A DNA stretch of 64,000 nt from Lama guanicoe. Its lineage: Eukaryota. Positions 14,530-26,429 of the stretch are shown piece by piece. The notes beneath the pieces are model-generated. The model searched no databases. It worked only from the letters and a program-made list of their open reading frames with translations, and was not told where the DNA came from. A program made the position numbers and the translations under genes. The stretch covers positions 4,436,270 to 4,500,269 of the forward strand of contig MU054212.1 of NCBI GenBank assembly GCA_013239625.1, written 5' to 3'. Positions within the stretch are counted from its first letter, which is position 1, and each line of letters begins with the position of its first letter.

Positions 14530-14667
14530 CATGACTGCTGTTTAACATTCATAGTGGTGGTGATACAGATGCATTTCAAACTCAACTTGCTAGATACTTT
14601 ATAGCTCAATTATATCCAGGATCTTTCAGATGTAATGATTCTTGAAATAACACCAAAGTGGTTTCTA
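14530..14667 (-). pseudogene. Tail exon remnant (138 nt, phase 2-2)
   Basis: ctgcag| ... |gtaaga. HFGVISRIITSERSWI*LSYK resembles SH2 pieces FHG.ISR and SE...GY.LSY. Confidence 0.35.
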
Positions 14668-14689
14668 CTGCAGACACTACACACCTCTG

Positions 14690-14940
14690 TGTAACCAAGC
14701 AGGGGGACTTGTTGCCTGCAGTGTAACGGAAAGACCAGATACTGAGGCAGAGGTCTTTTGCAAAGAGAAAAGGTTTTATTGCAGGGCTGCCAAGCCAGGA
14801 GACAGGAGGCGAAGCTCAGATTTGTCTCCCTGACGTGGGGTTTGGTTGAACTTCTATCAGGGGAGAGTGTGTTGGTTTGCAGAAGCACTGGCCGGGCAGG
14901 TTCTGACTGGAGGGTTTGGAACTGGCAATTTGGGTTCACT
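14690..14940 (-). mobile_element. ERV LTR fragment
   Basis: Starts tgtaacc, with minus-strand AATAAA and the ccaagccaggagacaggagg LTR-type motif. Confidence 0.65.
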
Positions 14941-16309
14941 TTTCTGTAAAGTTCCTCTTTTTCTCTCCTTTCCTATTGAATAGTTTGCCTTTTTACTTAT
15001 TGATGTGCACATTTATTCTGGCCATTAATTTTAATTTGCTATGTGTTATGTGAATATGTGTGTCAGACAGATAGCTGCATGTAAAGACTGGGTAGAAACC
15101 ATGCAAGAAATTGTGAGACCTTAAATTTAAGATGGTGAGTAGCCTTGGAAAGGAAGGAAGGGAATGAGTTGAGGGAGGGTGTGTATATCAATGGTTTAAC
15201 ATTTTATCTGTTAACAATTTTGAAGTAAATACGGCAAAGTGGTAAGACCTATTTAACCCTGTGCCAGGGCTCGGGTTCCTCGGGGAGGAGGGTCCCAGTG
15301 GCCCGAAGTAAGCTCAGATTGGCATGGGTTCTGGTCAAGCACGGAGGGGGCTGGAATGGGATGTAGAAGGTGGGAAATGAAAACTGCTTCCAAACTATAG
15401 AGACCAGCTACAGCAGCACAGGCTGTAGCTCATTTTACTGACCTTCCTGTTTATAGTTTTCCCTGGACAAGAAACCAATCAAAATCCCGGAGGAGCTGCT
15501 CCCAGTTGGGGTGAAGTTACCATGAAGCAGGCAAATCCAATCATCACAGGAGGTAGGTTGTCACTGATGTGGTTCACCTTCTGGGTCTTTCAGGACTGGG
15601 GTGCTCCCTCCCTTGACTGCTGGGAAGGTTGGCTCCTGATAGCTCACAGCTGCACGGAAATTGTTCTCTGTCAAAGGAAGCTTCCTCACCCAAGTTCGGA
15701 CCCCCTCCCGAGAGAGCTGGCAACCAGGGACGAAACAGTGTAGGAATACAAAGTCCTGAGTCCCTCCCCCCGATCTGAGATTCTCTGGAGGGCCGCCCCG
15801 GCTTCAGAGCTCCCTGCAGGAAAGGCTGAGGCCGGTATTGCCACTGCAACACCATCTAACCTTAAAATTGTGCCCACCCTTGCTTCTCTTGTTCCCTCCA
15901 AATTAGTGTGCATGAGAGTGCTCTTCAGTCGGCTGAACCTCAGGTTCTCAGAGTCTGTTGCCAGGGAGCCGTATCTATGACGAGGCTCTAAACTTTAGAA
16001 GAGAAAGATGGAGGGAGATTATTTTTTGTTTACATTTATGTTATCAGCCTAATTCAGTGGGTAGGGAAAGAGATGAGAATTCGGGGTAGAATGTTTTGAT
16101 GAGTAAGTCAGTGCTTTGGAGCACAGTATGCTTGTACTTCTGAAGAATCTGGGCAGAAAAAAAAAAAGGACAAAGAAGGGCTCAGAAACCTTGAGATGGA
16201 TCTCCATTTATGAAATTCACAAAGGATTGGTCTATTTTCGTACATTCTGAGATTTATGCAATATACTAGTTCCTTTTTCCCATCTGTTCACTTATTCAAC
16301 CTCTGTTAA

Positions 16310-16575
16310 ACTATTCGTTTATGACAGGAACCAGGGGAAAAACTTTGTGTAGAGAAAAGATAAAAACAAAGCCAGGAAATTATTTCGTTGGCTACAGGTT
16401 AAGCAGTTGCCTCTTTTTGGAAAAGGCTCGCTGGCTGTTTGTGATTGGTTGCTTTAGATTTGGATTTCTCATCCTTGAGAATTCACAGGCTCTGGTTTTG
16501 ATTGTCACATAGGCTTTGCTAAGGCATTAGCACCACCTCGGTCTAATGGCTTCCTTGTTTAATTAATTTAACCAC
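16310..16575 (-). mobile_element. MER34/39-like LTR fragment
   Basis: gctgtttgtgattggtt ... cttccttgtttaattaatttaac terminus. Confidence 0.6.
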
Positions 16576-18289
16576 AGGAATTAATCAAATCCTGCCAATT
16601 CTAAACCCAAATCTCAATACCCTGCAGCCTCCTCATAAAAAGGTGAACTGGTGAGCAAATTAAATAATGGTCTGGGTCTTCTGTGAAAACGTTAGGTCTG
16701 AAAAATTTTGGTGTAGTAACTGGATCATACAATATTAACTCTGACATGGCATTATCAGTACAAATAAGAAATCTACTCTTGATTTTGTTGGTTTTTTTGT
16801 TTTTTTAAAGGAATAATGCAATGGGATGATTCTGGAGATAGTATTCTGTGCGTTCTACCTGCTTCCAATAAAGAATCCAGGTTTTTTGTGTATCCGTGGC
16901 TGAAAGGATTTTTGTTATTAGGCTAAAACACAGGTTGCTCCCAAACACCCTGTTTCCTAAACTCTGTCTCCTGGAATATCTGATTCCTAAACGAGACTGT
17001 GGGGGATCTCTCTACGTGAGGGAAAGCCCTTGTGCCTGTCCCCCGCCAGATTCCTCCCAGTGAATGACATATCCTAGCTCGAAACTTATATTTTACTCAA
17101 TAAAATGGCAGTTCCTAAGGAGTTAATATTTTGAAAGAAAGAAAAAAAAAAGAGAATGAAGGCAGTTTCTAATAGAAAGTATTTGCCAAAATAAGTCCCA
17201 TTGTAAAGTGTAAAGATTAATGTATTAATCAGAGCTTTGTGAACTCTCACATTAAGCAGCTTTGTTATGCTAATTCCCTTGTAAATGAAGAATGGAGTGA
17301 TTCTCCCATTACTGAGTATCATTCTTAAAGGCCTGATTTAGAATAATAAAGACGTTCTTATGCTTGTAAGTGATGCTAATTTTAGATCAGGAGTCTATTT
17401 TAATGAAAAGTCACCTTATTTTTTTTCAAGTTGCTACATATCCATTAAACTTTGTATTCAGTTTTATTCAGTCCATGAAATTTATAAAAGAGGTACCTGC
17501 TCAGGAAGGAAGTAACAAAAGACAACCTTGGGAATTTATTTCTTCACAAACTTCTATTAAAAGGCCCACGGATTCTAAACTGAGGCAAATCTCAATGTGT
17601 TTACAGCAGAGGTCAAAACTGCTGATTTGAGGGTTACATATTCGAATATGGTGTACGGTTTTCTCTTTAATGCTTTGCTTTGCTTTTTAAATATTTGAAT
17701 CCTTGTATTTTAAAAATAAGAGATTACATACCAAAATCCTGATTTCTGGATGTCTGTGGAAAATTGGGAGATATGACAATAGCGGGACAGCACTAGGGCT
17801 TGGAACAATCACCTGGAGCTGAATAGTAGCTGCTGCTACTCAATCAACATTCTCTGCAATTCAAGTGTTAGGTGCAGAGTATCATCGTAACTTACTTATG
17901 TACTGTTTTTCTAAAAAAATTACAAGGAAAGTGATATATTCCTATAATCTGTCTCCAATAAAGTAGGAAAATAAAAGATAAACTGAAAGAGCTGTAATCT
18001 TCAAGAAAAATATTAGAGAACACTTTTTGCCTACAGCAAAAATATTATTACAGTTTTAAATTAAAAATTACTCTACTTTATAAATACTACAAACACATGT
18101 AATAAAATCTACCATATAATTGAGAGTGGCAGCCAACATAAGAAAAGAGGATTGACTGATGAAAATCTCAATGAACTGATAAAAAGCTGAATTTCATCAG
18201 TTGACTTTTGAAGGCTGGTTTTTAAGTAAAATGCTGTTATAAATTTAGTTATTTCTTATGTTAAAATAGTGGCAAAATCTTTTACAGAT

Positions 18290-18400
18290 TTTAAGTTTAT
18301 AACTGAGAGTTCGCTGAGTGTAACACAAAGTAAAGGCAGCAAGCGTTGGCACATTTCAGTCTGTCTCAAAATCGTACAGCTCAACTTATTGAAGGGATAG
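18290..18400 (-). pseudogene. Possible post-SH2 exon remnant
   Basis: Very strong acceptor tttttcccataccttttcctgtcaatcctcag|. Phase-0 reading LSLQ*VELYDF resembles the post-SH2 LYD motif; 3' boundary uncertain. Confidence 0.35.
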
Positions 18401-18871
18401 CTGAGGATTGACAGGAAAAGGTATGGGAAAAAAAATAAAATCATTCTATTGCAGTGAATTAGAAGTAGATTTTAAAAACACCAACCAGTTATCCCTGTTT
18501 CTTCTGTTGGGATGAGAATTGGTCAACATTTTGGGCTTGGAGCTCCTCTGAAGCAAAATATCAAGTAGTGAATTATTTTTTGTCTATTGCGATTCCTTCA
18601 GTTATTAATTGATTAAGATGAGTAAGCAGGGATACAGGTGCTCCTCTGATAGTAACAACAGATTCGATATAAAAATTAAAATCGACGTAGCAATGTTTTT
18701 AAGATCGTGGTGCTTAAATCAATTCATTGCTTTTAGAAATTGTTTTAAGATAAAATATTAAACTGAAATATATTGGCACTTGGCAATTAATAATATAAAC
18801 AGAATTCTCAACAAACCGTCTTTACTTTCCTTAATTACTCAATTGCACAGAAGAGTAGTTTACAGTGATAC

Positions 18872-19113
18872 CTGGAGGTTAGGTTACTTGGGTCTTGACC
18901 CCATTAAAGAAATTGCTACCTTCATGCCATCCAAGAAAACATGTCCACCTTTTCATCAAAAGGTTAGTTCAAAGATTTAGACTTTTTGCTTAATACAATC
19001 ACTCTAATTTTTGCAAGAAAAATAATAGCAATCGTTTTGTTCTACCAAAATCGGTTTTGGGAAGTAACAGTGACGAGCCAACTGCGTTTCAATGCTGTGG
19101 ACCTCAGTAAATC
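18872..19113 (-). pseudogene. Decayed SH2 domain exon (242 nt, phase 1-0)
   Basis: tttttacag|ga (split Gly, as in WFH-G) ... cag|gtatca. GF....IETQL...YYFSCKN*SDC...DEKVxHVFLDGM..ISLMG..PNLQ| resembles HSH2D GEKVAHTSLDAL...PCRQ|; several stops. Confidence 0.5.
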
Positions 19114-19338
19114 CTGTAAAAATGTTCTCATTTCTGACTTTGTGAAAATTAATGTACATTATTTAATTAGTCTTTCACAATTAATATTTATAGTTGATAG
19201 CATGAATAAAGAATTACAAAGTGAAGTTCTTAATATGCGGTGTAATGGGCTCCTGAAACTAAGTATAACAGCATTAAAATAATAGATTTCTACAGATACC
19301 TCTGGGGTAATCACCTTAAAATATGCATATGCATATGC

Positions 19339-19403
19339 ACACACACACACACATACACGCACACACATACACACACACACACACACACTCATACACACAT
19401 ACA
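19339..19403. repeat. (CA)n microsatellite, imperfect
   Basis: Direct observation. Confidence 0.95.
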
Positions 19404-19994
19404 TGTTAGGATAACACCTATATTTGCAAATAGCTGCTTCCTATTGTGAAACCCAATATTATTTCAATAAAAACTTAAGAATGAATTCTGAAACCTTGCC
19501 TTGCAAATAACTAGGAAATAACAATGACATCTTGGTACAAAAGGAGAGTTGTTAGGTATTCATTTCCAACTGAAGAGTGAATTATAAAAGAAAACAAAGA
19601 ATTAAACATATCTTTTTCTATTCTGAATTTAAGATATAAAATTTCAAAGCATGCATGTTTTGTTAAAACCACATGTTAAATTTTGGAAGAAATAGAGATG
19701 ATATTTCTAGGAATATCTTGGACTAAAGATGATATTTCTAAAGATGATTGTATTTTTAACTAACTGACTTTTCTAATACTAGAAACACTGGTTATTTACA
19801 TTATCCCTCCAGTCTTGTAGGCATTTGAGTATAGGGTTCTAATCCACACTAAGTAGTCTGTTTATCGTTATTTCTTTCTATCATGCCATTCAATTCAATT
19901 TAATCCAGTTTGATATAATTAAATTTTATCCCATTTAATTAATTCATTCATTAGTTCAATCACAGTTTAATGATAGTTCCTCCGAAACTACCAA

Positions 19995-20430
19995 CTTGTA
20001 TCAGGTTTTGATGCATAATAAACCACCCTAAAAGTTGGTGTTATACAAAACAACATTGATTTCTCATATGACTGTAGGCCTCATATGACTTAGACGAGGC
20101 GTGACTAATCTTGACAGGGCTTGCTCGTTTTCGTGTGTTTGTGGAATGACTCTGCTCCTGTGCTTCTCACTCTTCTCTGACAAGTGGGACAGCCTGGGTA
20201 TGCTACTTTGGAAATAGCAGAGGCACAAGAGAACAAGTCTCAATGTACAAGCCAGTTTCCACCTTCTGTTTATATCATGTTGGTTAGCACTACATTGGCC
20301 CAAGAAAGTTATACTGTAGAGTATAGGGTCAAAAGGTAAGGCAACAGGGAAGAACACTACAGGGTTATGGAACAAAAGGTGAGGCTACAGGGAAGGGTGA
20401 TAGATCGGGACCATCTTGAAATCTATCACA
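19995..20430 (-). mobile_element. Old MLT1-type LTR
   Basis: gcataataaaccaccctaaa, cattggcccaagaaagttat, aatctatcaca. Confidence 0.6.
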
Positions 20431-21811
20431 GGCATTTGACATAGATGCCTATGAAAAAAAGAACCAAACGAATCATCAGGGAACAAAAGTTTTTTAAAAG
20501 AGATGTTTCAAAAGGGGAGGCGTGGACAACCTGTCAAGTGGTCTTTAATGGATAGCTTAGTTGAAAAAGCACCAAAACATATGTTAGGTATGGAATCACA
20601 GGAAGCATCCATGATCATAGCAAGTGTGGCACAGTATTGGCAGTAGAATCACAGGATTTGTAAAAGAACAAATGGGAACTTCTATTTCTGGAAGTAGGTT
20701 GGAATAGGTAGTTTAAAATAGTCTCACTGCAAAACAGCAAGAGTGATGCATACAATATAATTCAGAATTCTTTCAAATGGATAACTATCTTGCAAAAATA
20801 TACAGTAAATCTCCAGGAGCCAAATATGAAAAAAAAAAAAAAGAAACAGGATGATAAGTTATACACTGATTTTTCTTTTTTTTAGTTTTTCCTTGGAATA
20901 TTTGCAAGACCCTATTTGTTACTCTGTAGCACTGAAAAATGGCCCTAAGCCCAGTCGAGGTATAGAGTTGGAACTGAAGGCCCTGTATGATGCCTGGATC
21001 TGCAGAGCTCTGTCGGCTTTGTAGCACGGTGTAAGAGAAATGTGGATCTTGGCAGAAGCAACCTCAGCATCTCTCTGGACATACCCATTCCAACCTCCAA
21101 AAGAATTTCACATATAAAGGCTTGTAAACACAAGTCCACAAAAAATTCAGAAAACATGATCAAATAAGCCACCGTGAATAAGAATAAGCAAGAAAAATAT
21201 CAAAATATTGCTTCCTAGTCATTCAACTCTCAAAAATAGTAGCAGTATATAGTCAGATGTTGACTGTTAAGAATGAATAAAGAATGAAAGAAAGAATAAT
21301 GATAAAAGAGTAGGAAACTGTGGAAGAATATCAGATCTGTTTTTTTACATTATAAATTGAAATTTTTAAATCAATAAAATTTTAAATATTTATATATAAT
21401 CATTTAAATAAAAAATAAAGAGGTTAAATATGTTGAACATTGAAATAATAAATTGGAATAGAGAGCCCTGAAGGGGCACTACACATCTACATCAAAATGG
21501 AAGACAATGATTTATTTGGGCCACACTGACAGAGTGTTAAAAGTTTATTAAATGTGTGTTGCTTGCATCTCTATCGCCTATAAAGTTTTTAGTAAAAGAT
21601 ATCTTTTAAACTTGATTCAGATTCCTTTCTCACTATGTCTTGGAAAAGAGTACCCAAAGATATTTCACATACATATGAAATTGATGTATACCATGTAATG
21701 CTTAATTTCTTTGTCTATTCAATATCTAAAACATTGTCATTACGCTACAAGTATCCTATCCCCAAGTTAGAGTTTTCCACAACAAGTATCTTAGCCCAAA
21801 TACAAACATAC

Positions 21812-21904
21812 ATTCCATTGCCCCAGCCAAACAATATTCCAGACATGCCCATGTGTGAAACAGAGTTCAGTCTAGTATTTCTTTTAACCAGCAGCAGCCG
21901 TATC
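21812..21904 (-). pseudogene. Possible pre-SH2 exon remnant
   Basis: CWLKEI..GHV..WL then |gtatgt, loosely like the WF.ETQ...G..P.WFHG| leader of HSH2D/SH2D7-type SH2 domains. Confidence 0.25.
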
Positions 21905-22239
21905 CTTAATGATTAAATATTTAGAATAGCTTTATTAACTTGAACAGACTTTTTAAAACGTTGTTGGCATTTAAAGTTTAAAGCTAACCAAGCATTTATC
22001 TATAGGATTTTAATTCTGTATAAGGCATTGTTTCAAAGCTTTTGTCCTTGTAAATCTTATTACCTCTGGCTTTACATAGACTAACCAAGAAAACGTTAAC
22101 AGTTGTTAAAATGAATGCTGTTTAGTCATCACAGAAATTATTTCTTGCATTTTCTCCATTGTAGAAACTCTCCATAAAATGTCCTTAAATCTCCTTCTTT
22201 GTAAGTTTAATGGGAAAGTAGTCAAGAACAGACAACAGA

Positions 22240-22440
22240 ATGCTTTGATCTGAATTCTCACTCTGTCATTGAGAAGCTGTATCACCTTAGGCAAATTGCT
22301 TTATCCCTTCTTGGATCCATTGCAATGGGGTAACTATACTATCTGATTTACATGGTTGCTGTAGGGATGAAATTAATTTTTATATATAAAGCTTTTATGG
22401 CTGTTCAGACAAACAGTAAATACTGCATAAATACTAGCTA
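22240..22440 (+). mobile_element. MIR SINE
   Basis: agctgtatcaccttaggcaaattgctt..aatggggtaa. Confidence 0.7.
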
Positions 22441-22899
22441 TGATTACATCAAATTTTCAATTTTCCTATTTTTCTCTTTTCTCTGTTATATATACACCCA
22501 TTAAATTTATAATAACCTTGTATTAATTCTCATAACCTTAGTGACTGCATCCATGCATTCTTCATGTATCAGGTGACTATAGACTAAGTAATAATTCTTC
22601 TATTCAGCCATATGTTTATCCATATGTTTATTCATTTAGTAACGAAATATTTATTAAATCACCCTTTCCCCAGCCTCCTTTCTAGGTTCAAATGAGGCAT
22701 ACAGTCTAGTGGAAGAGTAAAGTCATGAAAATGAACAATTACATCAAATCTTCAATTAAGATTATAGTAACAGTACTTGAAATTTCCTGAGGGAGTTAGG
22801 AAAAAGCTTTACAGAATAAATAACTTTTGAGTGGAAACATGAAGTATGAGTAAAATATGTCAGGCTGCTAAGGGAGTGTGGGAGGAGATGCATGAAAAG

Positions 22900-23359
22900 C
22901 AGAAGCAAGCCTGGCAAATCAACTCTCACCCTAAACACTAAATAGAAGTGGTCCTAGAGAAATCCAAAGCCTGTAGAGCACTAAAAGTAACCATAGCAAC
23001 AAGCAGCCTCAAATTCAGTCCATCTTCTACCTAGATTAGTTCACACTCCCAAATTCCTGTCTGGTAGTAGGAAACATAACAATCATTCACCTTAATAATT
23101 AGGCACCTGCATAAGGTGTCTGGCTTTCAACAAATACCTGTGAAGCGTCAGGAAGGAAAGAAAAAAAATACTGTGGAGAAACCAACCAAAAGTATAAGAC
23201 TTAAATATGATGTAAATGTTAAACCATCTGACAAAGAACTTAAGATACCTGTGATTAATATGTTAAAAGGACTAATGGAAAAGGTGGACAGCATGCAAGA
23301 TCCAGATGGGTAATTTTAGCAAAGAGATGGAAACTATGAGAAAGAGTCAACAGAAATGT

Positions 23360-23390
<31 letters not shown>

Positions 23391-25750
23391 TGTGGCAGAG
23401 AGGAAGAATGCTTTCAGTAGGCTCATTTGCAGACTTAACATAGCCAAAAAAATACTCAGTTAACTTGATAGGCAGATATAAATGTATAATTGGAGATTTA
23501 AACACTCCTTTCTCAGCAACTGATAGAGGTAGACATAAAATCGATAAGACCATAAATGGCTTGAACAAAACTACCAACCGAAGCTACCTAATTGACATTT
23601 AGAGAACTCTCCACACAACAAACACAGAATACACATGATTTTCAGGTGCACATGGAATGTTCTCTAAGATGGACCATATTCTCAGCCATAAAACAAGCCC
23701 TAACAAATTTAAAGCAATTCAAGTCAAATAAATGATGTTCTTGAATGATAACAGAATTAAACAAGAAAACAATAATAGAAAGATGTCTGAAAATGTGCAG
23801 ATATTTGGATATTTGGAAATTAAACACTATGTTCTGAATAAACTATGAGTTAGAAGTTTTAAGGGAAATTAAAAATACTTTAAGCTAAATGAAAGTAAAA
23901 ATATGGAATATCAAAATGTTAGTTATGTAGCTAAAATAGTGATCAGAGGAGAATTTATAGCAATGACTATGTTATAAAAGACAAAAAGTCTCAAATCAGA
24001 ATTCTAAGCTTTTATCTTTAAAAACAAATTGAACTTAAAACAAGAAGAAGGAAGAAAATAACATTCAGGCTAGAAATCAATGAAATTGAAAACAGGAAAA
24101 TAGTACAGAATATCAATGTAACCAAAGCTGGTTTATTGAAAAAAATCGATTCAATGAATAAGCCTCTAGACAGAGTGAACAATTAGATAAGAGAGAAGAT
24201 GCAAATTATTAATAAGTGAAAGCAGAGACATTACTAAAATTCCATTGACATTAAAAGGATAAGAAATACTATGAACAATTCAGTGCTCATAAATTGGACA
24301 ATTATGGTGAAAGAAAGCTATTCCTTCAAAGACACAATCTACTAAAACTTACTCAGGAAGAAAATAATGAATCATCCTACTTCTATGAGGGAAATTAAAG
24401 CAGTAATTTAAAACATTCCAAAAGGAAAATTCCAAAGCCAGATAATTTCGTTGCTGAATTATAGCATTTAGAGGCTGTATCAATTACTCAAATTGTGTTA
24501 ACTTTTAGGGAGAGAGGTATCCAGGAACAATCTTACTATTTTGGTTACCTTACAGTAATTCCAAAATTATCCCAAAACCAAAAATCTAAAAAACAAAAAC
24601 AAAAACAAAAAAAACACCAAAAAGTAGAGGGAAGAAATAATATATGATCCTAGAAAGGTTGGATTTTGTGAAAAGGAGCATATTGATGATTCAAGCTATT
24701 GAAGTTTCAGAGAAGTCTTGCATCTTCCAATTTGAATTTTTCTCAAATTTTCTTCCCTGGATTATCTTGACTATTCAAAACTTACTGCGAATATATACTA
24801 ATTAAGAGACTCAGCTATCACCACTGAGAAAGACATCTAGATCAATAGACAGAATAGTGACTAGAAATAGCATCCACACTAGATTTTTGACAAAGCTATC
24901 TATGTAATTCATTGTGGGATCCATAAATAGTGCTGTAGCCACGAGGCATCTGAATGGGTGAAAAAATAAATCCTGAAACTCACTTCACAGCATACACAAA
25001 CATTAAATCAAAGTAAAAACTAAAAAAACCCCCACGGTTTAAGAAGTAAACACAGACGCTTTCAAGACCCTTGGATTGGTAAGAATCTCTTGAATAGGAA
25101 GGAAAGTAAATGCTGTCTTTTTAAATAAAATCAATAAAATTGGATTTCATCAAAGTAAAAAAAGTTAGATATTGGAAAAAACTAAGAAAATAACAAAGGC
25201 AAACCACAGACTGGGAGAAAATGTTTGCTATAAATGTATCTGTCAGACTTGTGTTCAGAAAATATAAAGAAAGATCCTTAGAATTCAAGAATAAGACGAA
25301 AATTCAATTAAAAATGAGTGAAGACTTGAACAGACATTTTACATAAGTGACAGATAAATGCACTGAAACATTCTCTGAGTCATGAGTCATAAGAGAAATG
25401 CCAATTAGAACCACAGTTAGTACAACATACTTATTAGAAAGACTAAAAGTTACAAAGATGGAAAACTCTAGACAGTGGCGGGTATTGGAAGCACATTTCA
25501 TAATTTGCTAATGGCAGTGTAAAATGGCAGAAACAGTTTGGGATACATTTGGCAATTTATATTGAAGTTAAATATGCACCCTTTCTATAACACAGCAATC
25601 ACAGTCACTTCAGGCCCCAAATTCCTGAGATGAGTGAAAACGTATGTCCATAAAAAGACTTACACCAACACTTTAATAGCATTTGAAGGCAAATCAAACG
25701 TAAAGAGACAGTGAATGGTTAAACAAATGTGGTATATTATACAACAGAAT
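22900..25750 (+). mobile_element. Old L1M fragments (ORF1, ORF2, 3' end), with (CA)n at 23362-23390
   Basis: A-rich sense L1 motifs: gacagcatgcaaga, gaccatattctcagccataaa, gactgggagaaaatgtttgc. Confidence 0.85.
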
Positions 25751-26429
25751 ATTACTTAGAAATGGTGAAGGCTAGAGCCAGATTGTGTTTAGAAATAAAT
25801 TTAAAGAGAAACATGAATCCACAATGTAAAGTATGCCTTTTATACAGTATGTTCTCAGTGGGATGTTACTGCTTTGTTGGGGGGGTTGCAATTTGGATGC
25901 AAATGTGTGCATGTGTGGTTTCACATATATTGGAAGGTACCTCTGATATGAAGTTGAGGTGAGTCAGGGAAGCTAGACTTTTAGCATTTCACAGGGAGAT
26001 AACACATACCAAAGATTTTAACTACATTCTGACCAGCTTTTGAAATATCTGCGAGATATTTCTATAGCTAAAAAAAAAAAAAAGTTGATTTCTTTTTTGC
26101 CTAAAGCCCCACTCCGTTTAACTTTAAAAAAAAGTCTGTGTAGTTTTACTTTGCCAAGAGTTGTTTACTATTTAAGAAAAATCAGAACACTAATAGGAAT
26201 GTAATGTTTGAGATGCCGGTACAACACATTTTTATCCATCTTCTTTTATAGCTGTTAGATTAACCAATATTCTACATACCAGTGTGAGTACTTTATTTCA
26301 CTGCGTCTTCTATGTGTGGTTATGCCCAAACATTTTAAACTAAAACATATATTATTATAAGGTATTTTATCATCTTTCCATTATGTTACACTTAGAATTT
26401 TGTACTAATTTTTATGTCTTTCTTTCCTT

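Noticed and set aside
21780..21910. HVWNIVWLGQW (and CELTEGYSK at ~44.2 kb) suggesting a KY/transglutaminase-like peptidase
   Set aside because: The motifs are not colinear or mutually consistent; the myosin-SH2 model explains far more blocks in order.
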